NCBI GenBank assembly: GCA_012840015.1
Contig: DUMF01000026.1
Location: 21,176 to 85,175 of the forward strand
Direction: 5' to 3'
Length of the DNA: 64,000 bases
DNA from: Bacillota bacterium
GTDB taxonomy: Bacteria > Bacillota > Sulfobacillia > DUMF01
The first letter of the stretch is position 1, and the number at the start of each line of letters is the position of its first letter. The notes below the pieces were generated by a model that saw nothing but the letters and a program-made list of their open reading frames with translations, had not been told where the DNA came from and searched no databases. Below, piece by piece: positions 49,175 through 58,820 of this stretch. Position numbers and translations under genes: made by a program.

Positions 49175-50065
49175 ATGAGAACGGGAGAAATCACCATGAT
49201 CTTTCAGCAGGTTATTAACGGACTTACGCTTGGGACAACCTACTCCCTTCTCGCACTGGGGTACAGCATGATATTCGGCGTGCTGTCGTTTATAAACTTC
49301 GCCCATGGCGACATAGCGATGGTCGGAGCGTACGTCGCGTGGTACTGCTTTGTTGGTCTCAGACGGGGATTCATTCCGTCGTGCCTTTTGGCTATGTTGG
49401 CGTGTGCAGTCCTGGGTGTCACCATGGAGAAGGTCGGGTATATGCCGATCAGGCGGGCCCCCCGGTTGGCTGCTGTCATCGCCTCGCTTGGATTCTCGTT
49501 CATTCTGGCGACTGGAGTGCAGGTAATCTGGGGAACTCAACCACAACAAATGCCGCCCGTTATTGATGCAGTTACTTACAGAGTCCTCGGTGTGACGTTC
49601 AATTCGATACAGATGGGGGTCGTGGTACTATCCATTGTAATAATGGGGTTGTTGCAGTTGTTGATCCACAGAACCAAGGTTGGTATGGCGCTGAGAGCGA
49701 CCGCGATCGATCGCGACACCGCAGGGCTAATGGGGATCAACATAAACAATATAATATCCTTCACCTTTGCCCTCGGTTCCGTGCTCGCAGCGATCTCCGG
49801 CATCATGGTCGCGGTTTACTACGGTGCCCTTTACCCGTCAATGGGCGGGGTCATAGGCACGAAGGGGTTTACTGCCGTCGTACTTGGTGGGGCCGGCAGC
49901 ATCCCCGGAGCTATGGTCGGAGGAATACTTATGGGCCTCATCGAGAGCCTGGCGGGTACCTTTATGCCGTCGGAGGTTCGGGACGCTGTGGCCTTCCTGG
50001 TGCTTATACTGGTGCTGCTAATTAAGCCGTCCGGACTATTCGGAAGAGAGATGGTGAAGGAATGA
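49175..50065 (+). CDS. livH: LivH permease (intact paralog)
   Basis: MIFQQVINGLTLGTTYSLLALGYSMIFGVLSFINFAHGD. Full-length 296 aa. Confidence 0.85.
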   Translation: MRTGEITMIFQQVINGLTLGTTYSLLALGYSMIFGVLSFINFAHGDIAMVGAYVAWYCFVGLRRGFIPSCLLAMLACAVLGVTMEKVGYMPIRRAPRLAAVIASLGFSFILATGVQVIWGTQPQQMPPVIDAVTYRVLGVTFNSIQMGVVVLSIVIMGLLQLLIHRTKVGMALRATAIDRDTAGLMGININNIISFTFALGSVLAAISGIMVAVYYGALYPSMGGVIGTKGFTAVVLGGAGSIPGAMVGGILMGLIESLAGTFMPSEVRDAVAFLVLILVLLIKPSGLFGREMVKE

Positions 50066-51021
50066 GCACTGTCAGGAGATTCTGGCCCATACTCGGCCTT
50101 CTGGTTTGGGCCGTGCTTCCGGCCGTTGTTAAGGACCCTTATGTCATCCACATGCTCTTCATGGTTACGATGTTCAGCATCCTGGCCGTCAGCTTGAACA
50201 TCGCGGTGGGCTATACGGGGCTTTCCAACCTGTCGCATGCCACGTTCTTCGGCATAGGGGCGTACGTGGCGGCGTTGCTTTCCATCAAGACGGGCGCTTC
50301 GTTTCTGATCACCCTTCTGGCCGGAGGGCTGGTCGCCCTGGGATTTGGCTTGCTCCTGGGATTACCGACGCTGCGGCTCAAGGGGTTTTACCTAGCGCTG
50401 GTCACTATTGGCTTCGGCCAGATAATAAGGTTAACGGAGCTCAACTGGATATCGCTCACAAACGGGCCTATGGGAATCCCTGGTATTCCAACTGCCCGAC
50501 TGGCAGGCTACGAGTTCACCCCTGTGGCCTTCAATTACTACGCGCTAGTAATCCTTCTCCTTGAGATCGAGGCAGTTAGGAGGATCAGCGATTCCCGCAT
50601 AGGCAGGGCTCTCATGGCGATCAAGAACGACGAAATAGTCGCCAACGCTCTGGGGGTCAACATCACCTACTATAAGGTACTTGCTTTCGCGCTGTCCTCA
50701 CTATTCGCCGGCATGGCCGGCAGTATATACGCGCATTATGTCACGTTCGTTAGTCCCGACAGCTTCACGATGGCGGATTCTGTATCCATCCTCTGCATGG
50801 TCATTCTGGGTGGTAGCGGGACTCTCCTCGGTCCGGTAATCGGCGCGGTTGCCCTGGTGGTTATACCCGAGCTCCTAAGGTTCGCGTCTCTTTACAGGAT
50901 GATCTTCGTGGGCGCCGCGATGGTGATCGGCATACTGGTGAGAGAAGGCGGGTTGGGACAAACGATCAAAGAGGCGATAGGACGGTTCGGTGCCAGCCTC
51001 CACAGGGAGGTGAAGGCGTGA
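50062..51021 (+). CDS. livM: LivM permease
   Basis: 319-aa membrane protein with LSHATFFGIGAY, of the LivM family. Confidence 0.85.
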   Translation: MSTVRRFWPILGLLVWAVLPAVVKDPYVIHMLFMVTMFSILAVSLNIAVGYTGLSNLSHATFFGIGAYVAALLSIKTGASFLITLLAGGLVALGFGLLLGLPTLRLKGFYLALVTIGFGQIIRLTELNWISLTNGPMGIPGIPTARLAGYEFTPVAFNYYALVILLLEIEAVRRISDSRIGRALMAIKNDEIVANALGVNITYYKVLAFALSSLFAGMAGSIYAHYVTFVSPDSFTMADSVSILCMVILGGSGTLLGPVIGAVALVVIPELLRFASLYRMIFVGAAMVIGILVREGGLGQTIKEAIGRFGASLHREVKA

Positions 51022-51809
51022 TGGGGAATATCCTTGAGATCAAGAACGTGAGCATGAGATTCGGTGGTCTGCAGGCATTGCACGATGTCTCGATGACAGT
51101 CGAAGAGGGATCCATAGCCGGCTTGATAGGCCCAAACGGGGCGGGCAAGACCACGCTATTCAACATCATTTCGGGGTTCCTGACCCCCACATCGGGAGAG
51201 GTCATTTTCGAGGGGAAACCGGTTCATGGCCTTCCGCCGTACCGTCTGACGGAGATCGGTATCAATCGTACCTTCCAGAACATCAGGCTCCTCCAGGAAA
51301 TGACGGTGCTCCAGAATGTGCAGCTGGGTTACCACTGTCGGACGCGCACGGGTCTTTTCGACGCCCTTGGACGTACCAGCCTATTTAAGCAAGAAGAGGA
51401 GACAACCAGGCGGCAGGCCCTGGAGCTTCTGGACTTCGTGGGGATAGCCCAGTACAAGGATGAACTCGCTAAAAACCTCTCTTACGGGCTTCAGAGGAAA
51501 CTGGAAATCGCTAGAGCGATAGCCACGGGGGCGAAGCTGCTACTGCTCGATGAGCCGTCTGCAGGCATGAACCCCGCTGAAAAGGATGGCCTGGCGGCTT
51601 TAGTGCGCGCGATAAACGACCAGCTCGGCAGGACCGTCCTTCTCATAGAACACGACATGAGACTGGTGATGTATCTAAGCCAGAAGATAACGGTCCTCAA
51701 TCAGGGCGAGAAGATAGCGGAAGGCGATCCGGCTCAGATTCAGTCGCACCCGCGCGTTATCGAGGCCTATCTGGGGAGGTCGTACAAAGGGGGCGAGAGG
51801 AGTGCTTGA
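51018..51809 (+). CDS. livG: LivG ATP-binding protein
   Basis: Contains GPNGAGKTT and LSYGLQRKLEIARAIA. Confidence 0.9.
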   Translation: MMGNILEIKNVSMRFGGLQALHDVSMTVEEGSIAGLIGPNGAGKTTLFNIISGFLTPTSGEVIFEGKPVHGLPPYRLTEIGINRTFQNIRLLQEMTVLQNVQLGYHCRTRTGLFDALGRTSLFKQEEETTRRQALELLDFVGIAQYKDELAKNLSYGLQRKLEIARAIATGAKLLLLDEPSAGMNPAEKDGLAALVRAINDQLGRTVLLIEHDMRLVMYLSQKITVLNQGEKIAEGDPAQIQSHPRVIEAYLGRSYKGGERSA

Positions 51810-52509
51810 GATAAAGGACCTCGATGTAAACTACGGGAAAATCGCAGCTGTCAAAGGCATGAACCTAGAAGTCGGCCCTAACGAGATAGTTGCGCTTATC
51901 GGTAACAACGGAGCCGGAAAGACCACCACGTTGAAAACGATCTCGGGCCTTATCGTTCCGCGTAGTGGGTCCATACATTTCAACGGTCATCGCATAGACA
52001 GGTTGCCAGTCCACCTCATCGCTTCTCTTGGAATCGTACACGTCCCCGAGGGACGCAAGATTTTCGGTAAACTCACTGTATACGAGAATCTGATGATCGG
52101 CGCCTACCTGCAGAAGGACAGAGCCAAAATACAGGGTAACCTGGATCGGGTTCTATCGCTGTTCCCCATACTGAAGCAGCGCCTCCGCCAGCACGGGGGT
52201 ACTCTGAGCGGGGGCGAGCAACAAATGCTAGCCATCGGCAGGGCGCTGATGGCTGAACCCAAGCTCCTGCTACTCGACGAGCCGTCGCTGGGCCTAGCGC
52301 CCCTGGTGGTCGAAAAGATCGTTGAGACCATCGTGTCGATTGCGAAGTCCGGCATACCGATACTCTTGGTGGAGCAGAACGCCAAGATGGCGCTGGAGAT
52401 ATCGAGCAGGGGTTATGTAATCGAGACGGGGGAAATAGTCTTGAGCGGATCTTCGAGGGAGCTACTGGAAAGCGATAGGGTGAGAAAAGCATACCTCGGG
52501 GTTGCCTAG
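51802..52509 (+). CDS. livF: LivF ATP-binding protein
   Basis: Contains GNNGAGKTT and LSGGEQQMLAIGRAL. Confidence 0.9.
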   Translation: MLEIKDLDVNYGKIAAVKGMNLEVGPNEIVALIGNNGAGKTTTLKTISGLIVPRSGSIHFNGHRIDRLPVHLIASLGIVHVPEGRKIFGKLTVYENLMIGAYLQKDRAKIQGNLDRVLSLFPILKQRLRQHGGTLSGGEQQMLAIGRALMAEPKLLLLDEPSLGLAPLVVEKIVETIVSIAKSGIPILLVEQNAKMALEISSRGYVIETGEIVLSGSSRELLESDRVRKAYLGVA

Positions 52510-52539
52510 CAATCTGTGAAAGGCGGTGTATCACTGAAC

Positions 52540-53040
52540 GCGCAAAGGCTCAAGCAGCTGGTCCGCGTACCCCAATGGGTTGCCCGGACCCCGCAGGTTC
52601 AGGAAGGGCGAATTATACTGTTCGACTCGGGGTGAACTACAAGAACTAGTATGCAGATCTTGCGCGGGGTTGCATTTTTCGGAGAGCCCGGGCGTGCGCG
52701 AAGGCGTACGCCCATTTTTCGAGAGTGTATAATGGCAACTCTGAACGTCTCTCGTGGGAGACAGCAGCTTGTAGCCAACGAGGGTGTCCGGGTATCTACC
52801 AAAACCAGTCCCACACAAGGCCGCAAGGCATTCTTCCTTGACGTACGGAAGGGCAGTCTGATTCATTGGCTAGGGTTGCTCGGGCCCAGGCGCAATCTAG
52901 ACCCGCGGCTCATCATGATCACAGTCCGAGCCATTGGCCACAACGACTTGGGCCACACCTACTTACCAGCGCGAACCCCACTCATCGGCTCCGTGGTTTC
53001 GAGAGAAATCCACGATTGTTAGTTTGGCTTCCTCCCGGGC
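52540..53040. repeat. Degenerate duplicated segment (copy 1), about 85-90% identical to 60430-60660 plus 61853-61995
   Basis: 52806-52910 aligns with 60551-60660, and 52915-53035 aligns with 61853-61995. Looser similarity extends leftwards. It contains an N-terminal remnant (IVDFSRNHGADEW) of a QueG/RdhA-like gene on the minus strand. Confidence 0.5.
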
Positions 53041-53112
53041 TTCTTCTTCCACGGTTAGGCGGGGCATTCCTGCTTTGTATTAGCGAAACAGAGTCTCTTG
53101 AGTAAAGGCAAG

Positions 53113-54130
53113 TTAACGGGTTGCCTCGATCTCAAACTGCCTCTTGATTATCGCATCTTTCTCACCGGGGCTCAACGCAGTGTTCACAGCGTAAGCGATA
53201 GCGAAGATCACAGGGACGTTGGCCACCATCCGCGCGATCGAAAATCTGGCTCCGAGCGAAGCAGTCTCGAACAGTATCTGCGGAATCTTCAAGGTGGACC
53301 ATGCTCCCAGCAGAACCACAACATTCCTCAGCGATACTCCCTTTCGGAGCATCCATCGATGCTACAGGGAAGGCTCCGTAAAGCGGGCCAGCTGCAAAGG
53401 CGCCTAGCAGGATAGCCAGCATGGCTCCCACGATCCCCGAGTTGCTCCCCATGTATTTCACGAAAGTCTCGCGAGGGACCCAGACGTCCATGAGCCCCAA
53501 CAGGACGAAAATGGGTGGCAGTATGCACAGCATTTCCGTGAAATTGGCAGTGGTGTTCCCCACAATGGCCACGATTTTATCGGGTTTGAACAGGCAGACT
53601 GCCACGGTGATTGCCAGCATGGCCAACGGGAACTTGTATCTCTCGTAAAGCTTCATCCTGCTACCACTCACACGATAATGGCTACGATGAACGACAGGCA
53701 ATAGGCCATTAGATTGCGCGCCAGCGTGGCTTTCTTGCCGAAGTATCTGATTTCCACGAGGGCCGTGACAACTCCCACCATCATCAAAGTGGATATGAAT
53801 ACCGCGATCTGACTAATTCCCGCGCCCAGCGCGAAGAGGGACTTGGCCAGGGGGAAAGCGATGAACCCAGGGATTAGAGTGATGGAACCTATAATCGAAG
53901 TCAAAAACATACCCCAGAAGCCGCTGCGGGCCCCGATTAGTCCAGAGATAGTGTCGGGCGGCAGGAGAGCGAGCGCAAGGCTGATTAAGAGCAGTATTCC
54001 GGTAAAGTCAGGTAGTATGTTTTCAAAGGCCCTCCATGCCCTGAGCAGGCTTTGCAGTGTTTTCTGCCTATCGCGGCTCCATGACCCTAGAAGTACAGCC
54101 CGCCGCGATCAACCAAGTAGCGACCGTAAA
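53113..54130 (-). pseudogene. DUF318-like permease in at least three frame-shifted pieces
   Basis: The pieces MTFTVATWLIAAG, ...GMFLTSIIGSITLIPGFIAFPL...AIIV*, MKLYERYKFPLAMLAITVAV... and MLRKGVSLRNVVVLLGAW... together resemble a COG0701/DUF318 permease of about 330 aa. Confidence 0.4.
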
Positions 54131-54162
54131 AGTCATGAATGGCTCGCCCCCTTCGCCAAGGA

Positions 54163-54507
54163 TTACCCGTCCTCACCCTCGCCGTCTTTTCCATCGCTGG
54201 ACAGCCGCTCATAGGCTGCCAGGAGACCTTCTAGCGATGCCTTTCTTGCACGCAGAGTGCTCACCCAGGCGCCGAGATAGTCCTCTCCCTCAGGTGTAAT
54301 AGAGTACACCTTACGAGCAGGCCCTCCACTGCTTTGCTCCAAGCGAGAGACTACCATCCCTTCTACTTCCAGTCGCCTTAGGTGACGATAGACCACGCCG
54401 GGGTCTGGTACAGCAGGCAGAAAGTTTAGGCCGTTCAGCTCCTCCATCAGCTCGTAACCGTGAGCGGGCTTCTTCTTCAGGAGAAGCAGCAGGGTCGGGA
54501 GCAGCAT
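54163..54507 (-). CDS. PadR-family transcriptional regulator
   Basis: MLLPTLLLLLKKKPAHGYELMEEL...GVVYRHLRRLEVEGMV winged HTH of PadR family. Confidence 0.75.
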   Translation of the reverse strand: MLLPTLLLLLKKKPAHGYELMEELNGLNFLPAVPDPGVVYRHLRRLEVEGMVVSRLEQSSGGPARKVYSITPEGEDYLGAWVSTLRARKASLEGLLAAYERLSSDGKDGEGEDG

Positions 54508-54868
54508 CCCACCGCGGAAAGCAGACGGATCATGGCAGCCGCAGCTTCGGAGGTGAGCTCCTGGATATCCAAAACCTCTGGAGTGTTCGCACATAAGTCA
54601 GACCTCCCCACATAGTGACCTTTGGTCACTAGTGGCACAGTATCATGACCCATCAGCTCTCGTCAAGCACTATGGGGACGTGAGCGCGAACAGTCATTGT
54701 GATGCATTCTACGGGTGGCTGTGACTGCGGCAGAAAATGCGCTCTTCGCTAACCGCCGGTAAGAATCTCGACAGTACGGCCATGCCATGTGGCCCCAGCG
54801 CTGGCCCATGTTCATTCTCCCCGTCTTAATTTATGGTGTGCCGGTGAACCATCGAACCAAAATATTTC

Positions 54869-54898
54869 TTAGCAAGTATTGTCAATTTATGGTATACT
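54869..54898 (+). promoter_or_regulatory. Candidate sigma70 promoter for arsR operon (TTAGCA-18-TATACT)
   Basis: -35 TTAGCA (54869-54874) and -10 TATACT (54893-54898) with an 18-nt spacer, about 50 nt upstream of arsR. Confidence 0.35.
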
Positions 54899-54908
54899 CA
54901 TCCGTGTA

Positions 54909-54928
54909 AAATCAAGAAAAATTGATTT
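54909..54928 (+). promoter_or_regulatory. Inverted repeat AAATCAA-N6-TTGATTT between -10 and RBS (candidate ArsR operator)
   Basis: Perfect 7-bp arms. This position is typical for ArsR/SmtB autoregulation. Confidence 0.4.
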
Positions 54929-54949
54929 AAGGAGTCGCCGGTACAACCA

Positions 54950-55282
54950 ATGGTGAAGTTAGAACTGCCAAGTAGCTTTCTCTCCAATGCTGAGCGATAC
55001 GCCGAGCGCTTTAAGGCATTATCGGACCCCACGCGTTTGAAGATCCTATGCTTACTGGGTATGAATGAAGAACTCTGCGTATGTAAGCTCAACGAAGCGC
55101 TGGGGGGGCCACAATCTGGGATATCGTATCACCTGCGCATCTTGGCCGAAGCGGGCTTGGTGACGCGCAGGGATGCCGGCACCTGGTCATATTATCGGTT
55201 GAACCGTAAGGCGATTGGTGAGCTGCTGAGCTGCGAATGCTGTTCCGCGCTCACGAGCACGGATATTCCGGCTTCGAGCTAA
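54950..55282 (+). CDS. arsR: ArsR/SmtB-family metalloregulator
   Basis: LSDPTRLKILCLLGMNEELCVCKL...SQSGISYHLRILAEAGLV, with an ELCVC metal site and a C-terminal CECCS. Confidence 0.8.
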   Translation: MVKLELPSSFLSNAERYAERFKALSDPTRLKILCLLGMNEELCVCKLNEALGGPQSGISYHLRILAEAGLVTRRDAGTWSYYRLNRKAIGELLSCECCSALTSTDIPASS

Positions 55283-55310
55283 GAATGGGTGGAGGCGATC
55301 TGTTGGACTT

Positions 55311-56228
55311 ATGGACTTACACGTGTTGTTTTCGGCGGCTGGCTTCTTCGCGAAGATTACGGGAGAACTCATGGTTTTGTTTGTCGGCATCAGCTTCTTG
55401 GTTGTCTTCCTCCAAAAGCTCCTGCCTCAAGAGCTAATCGGCCGCACATTGAGTGGCTCCAGGAGAGGCCTGGGCAATGTGTTGGGCGCTGCATTTGGCG
55501 CTCTCACTCCCTTCTGTTCCTGTTCGACGATTCCCATCCTGGTGGGCCTGCTGAACAGCGGGGTGCCGTTCGGGGCCTCCATGTCGTTCCTCATCGCCTC
55601 GCCTATACTGAATCCTGCGATAATAGGATTGTTGCTCATGCTGTTCGGCTTGGAGTTCACCCTCGTTTACTTCGCTTTAGCCTTTGCATCAGCAGTCGTC
55701 ACGGGTGCGCTGTGGGAACGTCTTGGGCTTGCCAGAGACGTGAAGAGGGTGAGGATAGTAAAAGAAAACTGCTGCGCTTCGGAAACGAGCGACTTTTCGC
55801 CGGGACTTCAAAACGCAGTTCAAAAGGCAAAAGAAGCTTTGTTGCAGGCCACGGGCTTGTTTCTACAGGTATTGCCATATCTCCTGGTGGGAGCGTTGAT
55901 AGGTGCGTTCATATACGGCTGGGTTCCAGAAGAACTAATAGTAAGGCTGGCCGGCAGGAGCAACGCACTAGCAGTACCCATCGCTGCGGCGATCGGAGTG
56001 CCGATGTATATCAGAGCGGAGACCATGATTCCCATCAGCTCCGTCCTCATAAAAAAGGGCATGAGCTTAGGTGCGGTGACCGCACTGATAATAGGAGGCG
56101 CAGGTGCAAGTATCCCCGAAGTGCTGCTATTGAATGCCGTTTTCAAGAGACGCCTCTTGATCGCATTCGTAGTCACCGTGTTTTTGACGGCCACGGTCAC
56201 GGGATATGTCGTGAACCTTATTGTATAA
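55311..56228 (+). CDS. ArsP-like (DUF318) permease with TPFCSCS motif
   Basis: 305-aa membrane protein with GALTPFCSCSTIPILVGLL, the signature of ArsP/DUF318 permeases. Confidence 0.7.
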   Translation: MDLHVLFSAAGFFAKITGELMVLFVGISFLVVFLQKLLPQELIGRTLSGSRRGLGNVLGAAFGALTPFCSCSTIPILVGLLNSGVPFGASMSFLIASPILNPAIIGLLLMLFGLEFTLVYFALAFASAVVTGALWERLGLARDVKRVRIVKENCCASETSDFSPGLQNAVQKAKEALLQATGLFLQVLPYLLVGALIGAFIYGWVPEELIVRLAGRSNALAVPIAAAIGVPMYIRAETMIPISSVLIKKGMSLGAVTALIIGGAGASIPEVLLLNAVFKRRLLIAFVVTVFLTATVTGYVVNLIV

Positions 56229-56243
56229 AAGGAGGCTACTTCG

Positions 56244-56453
56244 ATGAGCGAGACTGATCAACCGAGAAAAACCGTCCTTGGAAGGCTGTTTAAAGGTTTT
56301 GGATGCTGCTGCGGTCAGGATCGAGACCCCTCTAAAGGGCCGGCAGACGGAAGGTCGCCGGCGGGGCCATTGGCCAAGCAACCGTCTCTCAAAAAGAGGA
56401 AGTGCTGCGATTTCCGGATAGAGAACATCGATGAGGAGAAGCGCTCTGAGTGA
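56244..56453 (+). CDS. Small Cys-rich protein (GFGCCCG ... KCCDF), unknown family
   Basis: 69-aa ORF with a strong RBS (AAAGGAGG, 8-nt spacer), sitting between the ArsP-like permease and the arsC remnant. It has two vicinal-cysteine clusters. Confidence 0.45.
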   Translation: MSETDQPRKTVLGRLFKGFGCCCGQDRDPSKGPADGRSPAGPLAKQPSLKKRKCCDFRIENIDEEKRSE

Positions 56454-56479
56454 ACTGAGCGGATCAATAATAGGCCGCA

Positions 56480-57100
56480 TTGAGAAACACTGTGGCGAGG
56501 GGGCAGGACGGCGGCTAGCGTCACGCCCTCTTTCCCGGCGGCCTTCCCTAGTTCGCCAGGGAGCTTTCTGGCGCTCTTCGAGAGATCGGGTTTGTGGAGG
56601 AAACAGCCTCGGCTTTGCCGCACTTGCCAGCCTAGATGCTACATATTGCAGTCATGCCCGGTCGTGGCGAGAATCATCGAGAGGAAATATCTCGAGCTGT
56701 CCCGGTCACTGGCGATGTACCGTCGCCCATGCACCCTCATGGGCAAATGCTGAAAGGTCTGTGGGAGAAGACACGCTCGTGGTTTTCCCTGGCCCGTGCG
56801 GCGACAAGCGATGGGGAACCGCGCTGGAGGGAGCGAGCGTAGACGCGATTCTAACCTTTGCCAAGGCGACTGCCTGGTTAAACGAAAGGAGGAGGATATC
56901 GTTCGAGCAGCTGCAGCCCTTGCGTCTGGGCTCGTCAGTACCGGCGTGGGCGCGGCTCGTAGTACTCACAGACGGGATCAACAGATTAAAGGGTTGCAGG
57001 AGGGTGCTTGATGAACTGGCTCGCCTCGTTCGCAAAGACAACGGATGTGGCCTGACAGGTGGCGGCGGGCCAAAGCTGTACTAAACTGCTGGCGTGTGAG
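56480..57100 (+). pseudogene. Probable decayed arsC (LMW-PTPase-type arsenate reductase) remnant
   Basis: No clean ORF. Frames contain TLVVFPGPCGDKRW (compare ArsC DLVVTLCGDAADKCP) and an N-terminal HIAVMPGRGENH-like segment. An Arg-rich 217-aa track ORF covers it. Confidence 0.3.
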
Positions 57101-57274
57101 TGAGGCTGCCTGGCCGGGCCCGGGATGGGTCAAGTACCATGCTTGAAGAACGACGAAAGGCAGCATTTGATATGGTTTGGCAGGCAAGTGCCAAGTCAAC
57201 GGGAGGACCTAACCTAGGTAGTGATAGAATTGCGGTTTGCACATTATCGCAGGAGGAACAGGAGGATTGTACTA

Positions 57275-58357
57275 ATGCCAGAAAAGGTGCCTAAGAAAAG
57301 GGGACTTGGGTTCTTCGAGAAGTACTTGAGCGTGTGGGTGGCGGCATGCATAATGGCAGGCATTCTGATTGGCCTTACGTTTCCCGGATTTCCGGCTTTA
57401 TTGAGCAAGTTCGAATACGCTCACGTTTCGATCCCTGTCGCGATCTTGATCTGGTTCATGATTTATCCCATGATGGTGCAGATCGATTTCGGCAGCATCG
57501 CAAAAGCGGGCAAAAAACCCAAGGGACTTATCGTTACTCTTGTGGTAAACTGGTTGATCAAACCCTTCACGATGTATGGCTTATCCACCCTATTTTTGAG
57601 AGGCGTATTTGCTCCTCTCATACCGGCGGAGCTTGGCCGGCAATATGTGGCGGGCGCGATTCTGCTGGGAGCGGCGCCTTGTACCGCTATGGTATTCGTT
57701 TGGAGTTACCTCACCGATGGAGACCCCGCTTATACTCTGGTGCAGGTGGCCATCAACGACCTCGTTCTTCTGGGGTTGTATGCTCCCATAGTGATGTTTC
57801 AGTTAGGCTTGACACAGCTCACTGTGCCATACGACACGGTGCTACTATCGGTGTTTCTTTATATCGTAATACCGCTGGCGTTCGGCTATTACACCAGGGT
57901 CAGGTTGATTAAGACCAGAGGGATGGACTGGTTTGAAAAGGAGTTCTTGCCTCGCCTCAAGCCGTTCACCATCGTCGGCTTGCTTCTTACCTTGATCATT
58001 CTGTTCTCCTTCCAAGGCGAGACCATAATCCACAATCCAGTGCACATTTTGCTCATAGCGGTACCGCTCACCATACAGACATACCTAATCTTCATAGTCG
58101 GTTACGCGTGGGCCTGGGCGTGGAAGGTAGAACGCAGTGTAGCCGCTCCTGCTGCGATGATCGGCGCGAGCAACTTCTTCGAGCTCGCGGTTGCCGTAGC
58201 CATATCCCTTTTCGGCTTGAGTTCCGGTGCGGCTCTGGCGACAGTAGTAGGAGTGCTCGAGGAAGTGCCCATAATGCTCAGCCTGGTGGCCATAGCAAAC
58301 CGTACTGCACATTGGTTCCCCGACGTACGGCGGGCTCCTCAGCTTGCAGACAACTGA
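57275..58357 (+). CDS. acr3: ACR3-family arsenite efflux transporter
   Basis: Contains [20 protein letters not shown] and the conserved ACR3 Cys region. About 360 aa, 10 TMs. Confidence 0.85.
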   Translation: MPEKVPKKRGLGFFEKYLSVWVAACIMAGILIGLTFPGFPALLSKFEYAHVSIPVAILIWFMIYPMMVQIDFGSIAKAGKKPKGLIVTLVVNWLIKPFTMYGLSTLFLRGVFAPLIPAELGRQYVAGAILLGAAPCTAMVFVWSYLTDGDPAYTLVQVAINDLVLLGLYAPIVMFQLGLTQLTVPYDTVLLSVFLYIVIPLAFGYYTRVRLIKTRGMDWFEKEFLPRLKPFTIVGLLLTLIILFSFQGETIIHNPVHILLIAVPLTIQTYLIFIVGYAWAWAWKVERSVAAPAAMIGASNFFELAVAVAISLFGLSSGAALATVVGVLEEVPIMLSLVAIANRTAHWFPDVRRAPQLADN

Positions 58358-58401
58358 CTACCGGGGCGTGCGCATTAAATTTATAGGGTTTGACTTGCGA
58401 C

Positions 58402-58433
58402 AGCCATGGCTATATGGTAATATAGCCATGGCT
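58402..58433. promoter_or_regulatory. Perfect 14-4-14 palindrome AGCCATGGCTATAT-GGTA-ATATAGCCATGGCT (candidate ArsR operator)
   Basis: Perfect dyad upstream of the second arsR-like gene and ArsP-like permease. Each arm also contains the self-complementary AGCCATGGCT. Confidence 0.5.
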
Positions 58434-58469
58434 ATGAAAGATGGGTAGTAACGGAGCTGTGACGGGGAT

Positions 58470-58770
58470 TATGGCGGGAGAGCTGAAGGCAGCAGTTTTT
58501 TGAGCGATGGTACATACTACCAGGCAAGAATAGTGGAGATCCCGGCGGACAGGCGGCGGAAAGTGTACATGTGAACTCGTAGATTCATTGGTATTCGACC
58601 AATCGACGATATCCAAACATCTTGCGGTGCTCAAATCTGCGGGTATTCTTATGAGTACCAAGCAAGGAGCAACAGCGATCTGCGAGCGAAACATTAAGTG
58701 TGTATATGGCTCCATGAAGTGTATAGAACGGCTTCAGGCCGCATCACTCGATCTTGTCACGCAGTCTTGA
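58470..58770 (+). pseudogene. ArsR-family regulator, frameshifted
   Basis: CELVDSLVFDQSTISKHLAVLKSAGIL (the recognition helix) is in one frame. The upstream part (RIVEIPADRRRKVYM*) is in another, and an in-frame stop lies before the HTH. Confidence 0.5.
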
Positions 58771-58820
58771 GTGCGGAGAGCCGGGGCTGGACTCTTCGCA
58801 GAAAAAGGGAGAAGCGACAA

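Noticed and set aside
52806-53035. Possible cobalamin riboswitch (GCCACTGG / GGAAGGGCAG motifs) in the repeated block
   Set aside because: The order of the B12-box-like and GGGAAGG-like elements is reversed relative to the riboswitch consensus on either strand. The similarity is better explained as a duplicated pseudogene fragment.
56431-57084. 217-aa ORF downstream of the Cys-rich gene
   Set aside because: Extremely Arg-rich, implausible composition. It overlaps arsC-like scraps in other frames and is most likely a wrong-frame read-through of a decayed arsC.
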